IMG/VR virus record: IMGVR_UViG_3300030372_003225
Location: 1 to 30,069 of that record
Source of the DNA: a virus
Lineage: Duplodnaviria > Caudoviricetes
Direction: 5' to 3' (one strand)
Length of the DNA: 30,069 nt
The position numbers and the translations under genes are program-made. The notes under the pieces are model-generated. The model was given only the letters and a program-made list of their open reading frames with translations, searched no databases and had not been told where the DNA came from. Shown here in pieces: positions 18,201 through 26,128 of this stretch (position 1 is the stretch's first letter; the number at the start of each line of letters is the position of its first letter).

Positions 18201-19529
18201 GCTCAATATATAACAGGAGTAGATGATTCAACTATGGAAGCTTTTCAAACTTACTTTGCTCCAACGTATCAAAGAAATTCTACGTTAATACCAATGACTT
18301 CTCCAGATGAAAATGGTAATTTTAAATATTATAATTTTTCATATTCAAATCCATACGATACTTTAGTTTCCCCGGTTAATGCTGTTATAGGTGCTTTCTC
18401 TGATGGTAGGCTAAATAAATCTACTGCTAATGAAATTATATATAATGCTTTATTTGGTGAACTAATTGGTGGAGATGGTCAAAAAAGAAAAGGTGCTATT
18501 GCCGAATTTATTACTCCATTTGTTACAGAATCAATTGGTACAGAAAGAGTTACAGACGTTTTACCTGTCGGTAGAAGTGGTAAAACAAGAACAGGTAAAG
18601 TAATTTATTTTGAACAAGACTCACCTGATGTTAAATTAGCAAAATCTATTAATCATATTTTTGGCGGTTTAACACCTGGAGCAGTTACTAGTGCTCAACG
18701 TGTATGGGAAGGTGCAACTGGAAAATTTACAGATTACGGAACTCAAAGAGATGGTGCAGCTGAATTAGCAGCTTTAATGTCAGGAGTTAGATTAGAAAAT
18801 GCTAAACCCCTATCTAGTATGCCTTTTATATTAACTTCTTACGGAAAAGATAAAGGATTGATTAGAAGTAAATTTGCTAAAACAGCATACTCAGCAAGAA
18901 CTTCACCTGAAAATAAAATTGGTGCATGGAAACAATATGTATTAGAAAACTATGCTAATCAAACTCAAATGTTTAACACAATAAAGGCGGCAGAAGAATT
19001 AGGTATTAGTTCAAGAGAATTAAGAAAAATTTTAGAAAACAGATTAACTAAAACTGAATCAAGAAGTTTAATGAGAGGTGAGTTCAAATCTCCGACTTAT
19101 AGTATTGAAGCTTTTGAACAATTATCAAAAAGATTAGAAGATGAAGATCCTTTTAAAGCTGACGAAATTACAGACCAAAACGAAATTGTAATGGATATTT
19201 TTAAAGACAGTCAAAAAGCTTTGAAAAAATTTGAATTAGGGAGATCTATGGAAGAATTAGAACAATTTATAGATGAAATTTTATCACCAGGAGTAGAAGA
19301 ATCTAGAGAAATAATAGACACATCTGTATCTCCAAACATTACTCCTGTTCAACAAACAGAAGCTAAACTGCCTGTCGACGTAAATATGGCTACTTCAGCA
19401 AATACCGTGTTGCCTATTTTAGCTCAAAACAATTCAACAAATCTTGCAACCTTATACGGGATAGATTATAATAGGATGAATACTGCGCAAAAAATTGAAG
19501 CATTTTATAAACCTTTTAGGACAGCTTAA
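15240..19529 (+). CDS. Large internal virion/ejection protein (T7 gp16-like by size and position)
   Basis: 1429 aa, helical, with Gly-rich hydrophobic segments; motifs TQIRNFTTA, DNYWK, NTIPTY, GNFIAFPAEILR; AGGAG RBS. Confidence 0.6.
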   Translation: MAWETWEEDVEVARGGDVGTLGYITDTVITGPAKGLSLAVRGLLEMGAMPIDYLANTNLLKGIEDIFEGDGFLATPDTKTALGDITSVITQFGVPYLGALKIANGLSKMKSGAGFTMTKLGSLSKAGKAAELTKRAGYFGGIGGVVDFAVSTPSELGTLSDITGLTEKTDYSGLEGRDRAIETIKGKAKFGAEGAVLGAGVTLLPQAASLGFRYGILPAAKTVGYVGGKALNVVDYPLTGAINAIVGKNNKSILQEAVIAGRTRLSDAGKKIAGDVEWRYVPAEGGLMDHLKRRIIKLRDQFDTYRGQGKAIRDIQVDLNLKFGAEQKTLTRIGQAIQEGHKDIIDKYKVIFNRDGDSLLKLQLEDNKVHNLLLATSKSEKREILKTIPKEVRKNVMRFDKLIDAAATRFSAFTAGITKKEALQSLAADYALYSKRNFAAFNNKKFEFNPLLDKNAIKEFKNIIRTGDKDVLAAVRQEAVKIAKGATSGKVYDDAYEQALEKFAKRDMLAYKQKVISGAQSPEFAFNELNKMWNVTEKTKGEPLKAFKGEDLPDAVKRMLSVEKGRTGAELSKKGVRDSSGKLITEDVKTWSAINAGLDVALQQSKQMYGKKAFDSILQAGLRTGDNVNGAIFDAAAKARLGSKTELVNLANIGHKQNFSDLVMTSDLFNGKYFAAPELAHALVGAKEATAGLYSLPFYKGLMTLKAGAQISKTILSPMTQIRNFTTAAMFPMASGLIGGRIGFKDAWRLTGEDIFAGAKTDIERIARIERLIERGVIDQNVNLAEMRRVLEAAKNGKLDFQGLMNSPVMKKLTDVYQGADNYWKIYSDNFYQGALATAFSRNGAMDATALMKMPAGAQKEAAQAAFFKNIDDWFRTVTGSKFEKINTFTGAAKTPLEALEEASAYLVTNTIPTYSKVPKVIENIRNLPLGNFIAFPAEILRTSSNIFAIGTRELTSNNPYIRQMGMRRLVGLSTVLGGVGYTVKKGAQYITGVDDSTMEAFQTYFAPTYQRNSTLIPMTSPDENGNFKYYNFSYSNPYDTLVSPVNAVIGAFSDGRLNKSTANEIIYNALFGELIGGDGQKRKGAIAEFITPFVTESIGTERVTDVLPVGRSGKTRTGKVIYFEQDSPDVKLAKSINHIFGGLTPGAVTSAQRVWEGATGKFTDYGTQRDGAAELAALMSGVRLENAKPLSSMPFILTSYGKDKGLIRSKFAKTAYSARTSPENKIGAWKQYVLENYANQTQMFNTIKAAEELGISSRELRKILENRLTKTESRSLMRGEFKSPTYSIEAFEQLSKRLEDEDPFKADEITDQNEIVMDIFKDSQKALKKFELGRSMEELEQFIDEILSPGVEESREIIDTSVSPNITPVQQTEAKLPVDVNMATSANTVLPILAQNNSTNLATLYGIDYNRMNTAQKIEAFYKPFRTA

Positions 19530-20407
19530 TGACATTTTATGAACTATATCAATATTATCTAAACAAAAACAAAGGTGGTGGTGAAGGTATTGAATCTATA
19601 ACCGATAGTACTCAATACATTCCAATTCCACCACGTGCAGGTGGCGGAGACAATGATTTTCAAGGTGGTGGTAAATGGGGAAATTTAGATTTAGATGACA
19701 CTAAAACTTTTAACAAACAAGTTTGGTCAGACACAGCCGGCCCCCCAGGACAATTTGATTGGATGGATCAAGAAGTTAAAGGATATTTAAATCCTAAAAC
19801 AGGACAATATCAAACTTTTGAAGGTAAAAATATAAATCACTTAGGTATAGAAGTTCCAACTATTGCTGGCATGTTGTTTGATAAAAATTTTGGTCAAGGT
19901 CCTCAACCAGGTGATATTAAAGGATTGTTCACAGACGGAGTTCCTCAAAACTGGAAAGACAGTATATCCAACATAGGTAATCCTTTTAAAAAAAATACAG
20001 GTATTGCTAGTGCGTATGATTACAATATTATAGGGGATTCAAGTGTAGACTCAGAAGAAAATCAACCTGGTGATGGAGGTAATATAATTACAAACACAGA
20101 TCAAAGTGGTACAGGTGATGGTGATGGTGGTAGTGGCAACAATAAATTTGCAGGCGATTCAGGAAATAAAGCAGGAACAACAGGATCATGGAGTCCGGGA
20201 GGTACATACACATCTTCTAATACTTCTAATCAAAGAAGACATCATGCATTAGCGGAGGGTGGTAGAGTTAAATATGAATATGGGGCCACTAAAAAAGTTG
20301 CTTTGATTAGAATGCTTTTTAATGAAGCAGGTGGAGAAGAAGGGACTGGAAAGTCATTTGAAAAATTTATGGCAGATGTATTGTTTGAAGGAGACTATTT
20401 AGATTAA
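19529..20407 (+). CDS. Low-complexity Gly/Asp/Asn-rich protein with a GG motif, probable virion cargo
   Basis: LAEGGRVKYEYG at residue ~244; EGIESI and TGIASA motifs; TAATG coupled. Confidence 0.55.
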   Translation: MTFYELYQYYLNKNKGGGEGIESITDSTQYIPIPPRAGGGDNDFQGGGKWGNLDLDDTKTFNKQVWSDTAGPPGQFDWMDQEVKGYLNPKTGQYQTFEGKNINHLGIEVPTIAGMLFDKNFGQGPQPGDIKGLFTDGVPQNWKDSISNIGNPFKKNTGIASAYDYNIIGDSSVDSEENQPGDGGNIITNTDQSGTGDGDGGSGNNKFAGDSGNKAGTTGSWSPGGTYTSSNTSNQRRHHALAEGGRVKYEYGATKKVALIRMLFNEAGGEEGTGKSFEKFMADVLFEGDYLD

Positions 20408-20418
20408 AGGATAATATT

Positions 20419-20610
20419 ATGGCTAAAGACAACGCATTACAAAGAATAGATTCCCATGAAAAATTATGCAGAATAATGCAAAAACAAACACACGACAAAA
20501 TTCATAAATTAGAAAAACAAATTAATCGAGTAGAAAGCATCTTGTTAGTATCTACAGGTGCTTTAATTACTGGAATGGCTTACGTTATTTTTACACTTAT
20601 CATACGATGA
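20419..20610 (+). CDS. Small coiled-coil protein with C-terminal transmembrane helix (XhlA/holin-like architecture)
   Basis: Heptad-like IHKLEKQINRVE followed by hydrophobic ILLVSTGALITGMAYVIFTLII; AAGGA RBS. Confidence 0.55.
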   Translation: MAKDNALQRIDSHEKLCRIMQKQTHDKIHKLEKQINRVESILLVSTGALITGMAYVIFTLIIR

Positions 20611-20984
20611 AAAATAGCTTGCTCGTACATAAGCACCTCATTGTACGTGCTGAAGCCATCCGACCTCCTGTTGATGAAGAACAACTTAAAGAATGGATGT
20701 TAGATTTTATTGCTTCCATTAATATGAAGGTAATGATGGGTCCATATGTTAAGTATTGTAATATGGAAGGCAACCGAGGTATTACAGCTATAGCTGTAAT
20801 AGAAACTTCGCATATAGTAATGCATGTATGGGATGAACCTAATCCAGCGTTGATGCAATTTGATGTGTATTCATGCGGTGATTTTAATCACACAGATATT
20901 TGTAAAAAAATTATGGATGATTTTGATATTCATAAAATAGAATATAAATATTTAAATCGAGAGACTGGTTTACAAGACATTTAA
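20607..20984 (+). CDS. speD: Pyruvoyl-dependent S-adenosylmethionine decarboxylase family proenzyme (substrate uncertain)
   Basis: HKHLIV N-terminus, GITAIAVIETSHIVMHVW (autocleavage SH motif), FDVYSCG; 125-aa size typical of short prokaryotic AdoMetDC. Confidence 0.8.
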   Translation: MKNSLLVHKHLIVRAEAIRPPVDEEQLKEWMLDFIASINMKVMMGPYVKYCNMEGNRGITAIAVIETSHIVMHVWDEPNPALMQFDVYSCGDFNHTDICKKIMDDFDIHKIEYKYLNRETGLQDI

Positions 20985-21187
20985 CGGCACATACATCCCA
21001 TCATATTACCGCTACCATCATTCATTATGTGTAGATTGAGAGTATCCACATAGCCAGTTAATTTTAATCTAAGTATGTCACATAAATCAAAACAATTTAT
21101 CTCATCAAATAATTCTATACCCTCTAACATTTGTTTTGTTACAGGTATCAACTGATACAAACCATCATTTAAAATTATTAAATCCAT
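20981..21187 (-). CDS. Hypothetical protein
   Basis: 68-aa ORF overlapping the SNF2 helicase stop; its stop shares TTAA (20981-20984) with speD. Confidence 0.65.
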   Translation of the reverse strand: MDLIILNDGLYQLIPVTKQMLEGIELFDEINCFDLCDILRLKLTGYVDTLNLHIMNDGSGNMMGCMCR

Positions 21188-22611
21188 TCTTTAAAATCTT
21201 CAGCCATTATTTCATTGGCTATGTTCATTTTTTTTCTTAAAGCTTCTACAATTTTTTCATCAACTGTTTTTTCTGCTATAATATCTATGTAAGTCATTTT
21301 TCTTTTTTGCCCTGCCCTATTTATTCTAGCCTCTGATTGTGTTCTTTTCTCTAGATCATACCCATTAGAATAATAAATCATTGTATTTGCTTCAGTTAAA
21401 GTAATTCCATACCCACCTGTTTGAGGTGTGCCTATCAAAAACCTAACAGGACTATCGGGATCTTGTATTTTTTTAATATTATTTTGCCTTTCATCTGGGG
21501 GAGTATCTCCGTAATAAGTAACATAAGAATCTTTACCATATTCTTTTTCTACTGTTTCAATTATTGATTTAATATCTTGTCTCCAATGGGCCCAGATAAC
21601 TGCTTTATTTTCTACTTCTTTTAATATTTCTACAAGAGCAGTAACTCTTTCGTTTTTAATAGGTTTTATAGTCTTATCATCAGCTGTAAAATGTCCACAC
21701 GTTATTTGATGAAGTCGCATTAATTGAACTAATGCTGTAGCAGTAGTCATCATTTTTCCATCCATAGATGCTAAAGCTATTCGTTTCATTTGGTCATAAA
21801 CTTTCCTTTGTTCAGGCGTAAGACTAATAATTCTTTTCATGTAAGTATATTCAGGTAAATCTAAGCAGTCTTCTTTTAATACACGATAAGAAAACCTATC
21901 TAATTTTTCTGATAATTCTCCTAGGTTTTTATATCCGACTACAATTTGAACCGATCTGCCTCCAAAGTTAGCTGATTTCATAATAGCGTACCTAGTTCTA
22001 AATGCATAATAAGAACTAAAATCTAATAATTCTTCTTGTAAGAATTCACATTGTTTATACAAATCTAATGGTGATTTAGTCACAGGAGATCCTGTTAATA
22101 TTCTTCTATACTTAGCATGTTTTCCAAGAGCCACAATTGCCTTAGTTCGTTTAGCTTCTGGATTTTTAATAGTCGTACTTTCATCAATTGCCATTAAAGT
22201 ATTGTGACAATTTAAAAATTTAGCAGCAAACTCTAAACCTTTTTTAGTAGAGAAAGCTTCTACATTCATTATTAAAACATGTAGTTTTTCAGTAGTTTGA
22301 AATAATATGTTTAATTGATTTTGTTGTTTTTGATTAATTAAGGCGCGCCATAATACCATATCTTTTTCTACATGAGTAGCCATATGTTGTGGTATTTCTA
22401 TATCAAACCAGTTTTGATATACACCTTTTGGTGCTATAATAAGTGCCCCATTTATTTTACCTTTATCATAAAGCATAGAAATATTATCTATTAATACTTT
22501 AGATTTACCTGTACCCATTTCCATAAAGTATGCATAGCATTCTTTATTCCATGATTTTTCTAACGCAGTTATTTGATGTGCGTATGGCTTTGTTTTAAAT
22601 TTATAATTCAT
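21178..22611 (-). CDS. SNF2-family (SF2) helicase/ATPase
   Basis: PYAHQ, MEMGTGKS (Walker A), IDEST (Walker B), LTGSP, GYGITL, QSEARINRAGQ (motif VI). Confidence 0.9.
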   Translation of the reverse strand: MNYKFKTKPYAHQITALEKSWNKECYAYFMEMGTGKSKVLIDNISMLYDKGKINGALIIAPKGVYQNWFDIEIPQHMATHVEKDMVLWRALINQKQQNQLNILFQTTEKLHVLIMNVEAFSTKKGLEFAAKFLNCHNTLMAIDESTTIKNPEAKRTKAIVALGKHAKYRRILTGSPVTKSPLDLYKQCEFLQEELLDFSSYYAFRTRYAIMKSANFGGRSVQIVVGYKNLGELSEKLDRFSYRVLKEDCLDLPEYTYMKRIISLTPEQRKVYDQMKRIALASMDGKMMTTATALVQLMRLHQITCGHFTADDKTIKPIKNERVTALVEILKEVENKAVIWAHWRQDIKSIIETVEKEYGKDSYVTYYGDTPPDERQNNIKKIQDPDSPVRFLIGTPQTGGYGITLTEANTMIYYSNGYDLEKRTQSEARINRAGQKRKMTYIDIIAEKTVDEKIVEALRKKMNIANEIMAEDFKEWI

Positions 22612-22627
22612 ATCTATCTTGTTTTTC

Positions 22628-22676
22628 TTTCTATTGACTATTATATAATATTAATATATTAAAAGTCAATTAGAAA
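22628..22676. promoter_or_regulatory. Divergent promoter region framed by an inverted repeat
   Basis: Minus strand: TTGACT (22669-22664), 18 nt, TATAAT (22645-22640). Plus strand: TTGACT (22634-22639) with a weaker -10 (TATATT or TATTAA). Arms are tttctattgact and agtcaattagaaa. Confidence 0.7.
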
Positions 22677-22679
22677 GTT

Positions 22680-23033
22680 ATGAAAAATAAAGTTTATGTA
22701 ATTCAAGAACTTCCAGGTACTACTAAAGGTGAACCTAAGTTTAATATTATGGGTGTTAAGAAATATGGCGATATTGTCACATTGTTGCCTGAATTTTCCC
22801 AAATTATTCTGTCACCAGGTCCATTAGTGTTTAAATTAAGAAAATTATTAAAAAATTACACGCCAGACGATTATTTATTATTAACAGGAGATCCAGCAAT
22901 TATAGGAGTGGCGTGCTCAATTGTCGCAGATCTAACAAATGGTAAGTATAACTTATTAAAATGGGATAGACAGGAGAAAACTTATTACCCTATAGAAATA
23001 AATTTATATGAAAGAGGGGATATTGATGCTTGA
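22680..23033 (+). CDS. Hypothetical phage protein (alpha/beta, DYLLLTGDP motif)
   Basis: 117-aa ORF, first gene of the rightward replication operon. Confidence 0.75.
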   Translation: MKNKVYVIQELPGTTKGEPKFNIMGVKKYGDIVTLLPEFSQIILSPGPLVFKLRKLLKNYTPDDYLLLTGDPAIIGVACSIVADLTNGKYNLLKWDRQEKTYYPIEINLYERGDIDA

Positions 23034-23057
23034 CAAAACAATATTATAGATTATATA
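23030..23057 (+). promoter_or_regulatory. Possible sigma70-type promoter
   Basis: Perfect TTGACA (23030-23035) overlapping the stop codon; TATATA follows after a 16-nt spacer. Confidence 0.4.
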
Positions 23058-23064
23058 GGATATT

Positions 23065-23646
23065 ATGAAAGGTAAAAAAGAAAAAAAGGTAAAAACTATG
23101 TCAATTAACTTTGAAGAAGATAAACAACAATCAATAAATAAAACAGATGACGCACATTTGTTATCTGCTCAGGTAACTAAACTACAAGGTTTAGAAGATG
23201 AGTTGGCATCAAAGGAAACTGAACTAAAGAAATTAAAAAAGAATATAGAATTAATTTCTGGTGAAGTTATTCCTACTATGATGCAAGAGATGAATATCTC
23301 TACATTAAAATTAGCAGATGGTTCCGCAGTTGAAGTGAAACCAATCTACGGTGCTTCTATTTCTATAGACAAGAAAGAAGAAGCATTTAACTGGCTTCGT
23401 ACAAACGGCTTAGGTGATCTTATTAAAAATGAGGTTATCGTTTCCTTTGGTCGTAACGAAGACGCAAAGGCAGCAGAATATGCTGTACTAGCGCAAGGTA
23501 AAGGATATCAACCTATCCAGAAATTAAAGGTTGAACCTATGACTCTTAAAGCTTTAGTTCGTGAGCGTATCGAATCTGGAAAAGATATGCCCACGGAACT
23601 ATTTAACGTGTTCTCAGGAAACAGAACCAAAATAACGAGGAAATAA
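23065..23646 (+). CDS. Hypothetical replication-module protein with N-terminal coiled coil (alternative start 23098)
   Basis: Coiled coil, then IPTMMQE, AFNWLRTNGLGDLIK, VEPMTLKALVRE; directly upstream of the SSB-like gene. Confidence 0.65.
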   Translation: MKGKKEKKVKTMSINFEEDKQQSINKTDDAHLLSAQVTKLQGLEDELASKETELKKLKKNIELISGEVIPTMMQEMNISTLKLADGSAVEVKPIYGASISIDKKEEAFNWLRTNGLGDLIKNEVIVSFGRNEDAKAAEYAVLAQGKGYQPIQKLKVEPMTLKALVRERIESGKDMPTELFNVFSGNRTKITRK

Positions 23647-23648
23647 CC

Positions 23649-24464
23649 ATGACTCAAGAAAAAAGAAACACGGACAATGGCGCAAAAAAACAATCTGCAG
23701 TAGCTGAAAAAGCTACTGCTGGTGCTTTGTCTACAAGCCTCTTTGAGGCTGACGCAGATAAGGGACTAAGTAATGTAGGTCACGACGACCTTGCATTACC
23801 TTTCCTTAAAATCCTAGGACAATTATCTCCTGAAGTAAATAAGAGAGACGGTAAATACGTAGAAGGTGCAGAGCCTGGTATGATTTACAACTCTGTTACA
23901 GGGGAGTTGTTTGATGGAGTAAAAGGTGTGGATGTTATACCTTGTCACTATAAGTTAGAATACATAGAGTGGCAAGATAGAGGAGAAGGATCTGGAGCGC
24001 CTGTGGCGATCCACTCTTCTTCAAGTGACATCATGTCTAAAACACAAAGAGACTCAAGTTTTAAAGATAGATTACCTAATGGTAATTATATTGAGAGAAC
24101 TGCAAGTCACTTTGTAATAGTAAATGGCTCAAGTCCATCTACCGCTTTAATTGCTATGAAATCGACACAATTAAAGGTTAGTAGAAAGTGGAACAGTATG
24201 ATGGCCAGTATACATTTAAAAGGTAAGAATGGATTATATACTCCAGCTTCTTTTAGCCACGTATACAAGCTAAAAACTGTTCAGCAGTCTAATGATAAAG
24301 GTACTTGGTTTGGCTGGGAGATTAGTAAAGTTGGTCCAGTGCAGGATGCTGCAGTGTACAAACAATCTAAATCTTTTTCTGAGAGTGTCTCTAAAGGAGA
24401 CGTTCAAGTCAAGCACGGTGATACCGTTGCTGGGGCTACAGAGAAAGCTGGCGCACACTTTTAG
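23649..24464 (+). CDS. Putative single-stranded DNA-binding protein
   Basis: LALPFLKILGQLSPEV, YIEW, SRKWNS, NDKGTWFGW aromatic beta-strands; flexible tail ending in Phe; upstream of the primase and followed by a terminator. Confidence 0.55.
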   Translation: MTQEKRNTDNGAKKQSAVAEKATAGALSTSLFEADADKGLSNVGHDDLALPFLKILGQLSPEVNKRDGKYVEGAEPGMIYNSVTGELFDGVKGVDVIPCHYKLEYIEWQDRGEGSGAPVAIHSSSSDIMSKTQRDSSFKDRLPNGNYIERTASHFVIVNGSSPSTALIAMKSTQLKVSRKWNSMMASIHLKGKNGLYTPASFSHVYKLKTVQQSNDKGTWFGWEISKVGPVQDAAVYKQSKSFSESVSKGDVQVKHGDTVAGATEKAGAHF

Positions 24465-24472
24465 TTTTCTTT

Positions 24473-24498
24473 TGGGGGCGAGCAATCGCCCCCATTTT
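24473..24498 (+). terminator. Rho-independent terminator / stable hairpin
   Basis: Perfect 9-bp stem TGGGGGCGA-GCAA-TCGCCCCCA with a GNRA tetraloop, followed by TTTT. Confidence 0.8.
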
Positions 24499-24514
24499 AA
24501 TAACATGGGTTACA

Positions 24515-26128
24515 ATGGAAGAATTTATAAAGATATTTAATGGGTTGGAAAGAAATTACGGATATATTAAGGATATATCTAGCGCTAAGAATAACGAAGA
24601 AGGTAAACTAAAAACAGTTTATACGTGGGCTAAAACAGAAATAACTAATCAAGATTACATTAATCATTTAAACGGAGTTAAATCTATAGGAATACAGCCT
24701 TGTGATGATGAAGGTATGGCAAGTTTTGGAGCCATAGATATAGATGACAAAGAACATAGTTACAAAAATTTTCCTTATCAAAAATATTTAGAAATAATTG
24801 CTAAACACAAACTACCTATAGTTCCAGTTAAATCAAAAAGTGGTGGGCTTCATTTATATATTTTCTTTTCAGAAAAAGTAAAAGCTACTTTTGTTAGAGA
24901 TTGTTTAGAAAACTTTTTATATTGTTTAGATCTTAAACCTGGAATAGAAATTTATCCTAAACAAACAGAACTTGGAAAAGATTCCTCAGGTAAATTAATA
25001 GATGGTCAATTTATTAATCTCCCTTATTTCAATAAAACCGACAGAGTTGCATTAAATTTAGACGGCACAGAATTTTCATTTGAACAATTTATAGAAGTAG
25101 TAAAAGCCAATACATTTACTCAAAAACAATTTGAAGAGTTTTCACTAGCCCATGTGAAAAATCTGCTACAGGGAGGTGCCGAAGATTTAATTGATGGACC
25201 TCCTTGTCTGCAGATCTTGACACAAAATAAATTAAAAGATGGTAGAGACAGGGTTCTATATAACTATATGGTCTTTGCTAAAAAGAAATATAAAGATAAT
25301 TGGGAAAAGAAGGTTTTAGAGTTTGCAAGAACTAACTTTATTTATGACAATGATTGGGGCGATAAGAAAGTAGAATTTAAAATTAAAGCATGGGATAAAG
25401 AAACTACCAAAGGACATACGTGCACAGAGGATCCAATCCACGCAGTATGTTTAAAAGCTGAATGTAGAAAAAGAGCCTTTGGTTATTTATCTGATAAACA
25501 AGTACACTACCCTGTATTATCTGGTTTAGTAAAAATAGCTTATCCTGAACCAGAGTATACATTTAATGTGGTTTTACCTGATGGAGAAACTACCAAACAA
25601 GTTAGAGCCAAGAATATAAAACAAATTATTAATCAAGATGAGATTAGAGGAATTATAGGAAACGCAGCTGGATTTGTTCCAGCTAAAATTAAAGCAGATA
25701 AGTTTCAAGAAGTATTGGATAGTTTATTCCCACCAAAAGAAGTTACTACTCCAGCAAAAGGTACAACTCCAGAAGAATTATTAGAAGAACATTTAATTGA
25801 ATATGTAAATGGTCCACAGGCTACAACTTATGCAGCTTTTAGAACAGGAGCAACTCTTGTTGAAGAAGATAAAATGTTTTTTAAATACAAAAACTTTTTT
25901 GATAGTTTAAGAAATAAGGATTGGAAAGAAAACAAATCTAAAACTGGTGAAATGATGATGAAATTATTTAGTGCAAAATTTGGAATTAACAAAAGATTTC
26001 CTAAGAAAGACGGTGAAGAAAGTTCTCATCCATCTGTAGAAGTAGTAGAAATAACAATTGATAATTACATTGAAGGAAATATTCCTACGGAAAAAGTTCC
26101 ATTTAAAAATACAAAGGAAATTTTTTAA
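24515..26128 (+). CDS. Archaeo-eukaryotic-type primase (prim-pol-like) with PriCT-like and Cys-rich regions
   Basis: GAIDID (DxD), SKSGGLHLY (motif II), FINLPY (motif III), PPCL, DGRDRVLY, HTC...C...C. Confidence 0.75.
   Translation: MEEFIKIFNGLERNYGYIKDISSAKNNEEGKLKTVYTWAKTEITNQDYINHLNGVKSIGIQPCDDEGMASFGAIDIDDKEHSYKNFPYQKYLEIIAKHKLPIVPVKSKSGGLHLYIFFSEKVKATFVRDCLENFLYCLDLKPGIEIYPKQTELGKDSSGKLIDGQFINLPYFNKTDRVALNLDGTEFSFEQFIEVVKANTFTQKQFEEFSLAHVKNLLQGGAEDLIDGPPCLQILTQNKLKDGRDRVLYNYMVFAKKKYKDNWEKKVLEFARTNFIYDNDWGDKKVEFKIKAWDKETTKGHTCTEDPIHAVCLKAECRKRAFGYLSDKQVHYPVLSGLVKIAYPEPEYTFNVVLPDGETTKQVRAKNIKQIINQDEIRGIIGNAAGFVPAKIKADKFQEVLDSLFPPKEVTTPAKGTTPEELLEEHLIEYVNGPQATTYAAFRTGATLVEEDKMFFKYKNFFDSLRNKDWKENKSKTGEMMMKLFSAKFGINKRFPKKDGEESSHPSVEVVEITIDNYIEGNIPTEKVPFKNTKEIF

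Noticed and set aside
15240-19529. Peptidoglycan hydrolase or virion RNA polymerase domain in the 1429-aa protein
   Set aside because: I recognised no lysozyme/SLT or RNA polymerase catalytic motif by eye; a profile search would be needed. The N-terminal VARGGDVG is only a weak GG-motif match and was not counted.
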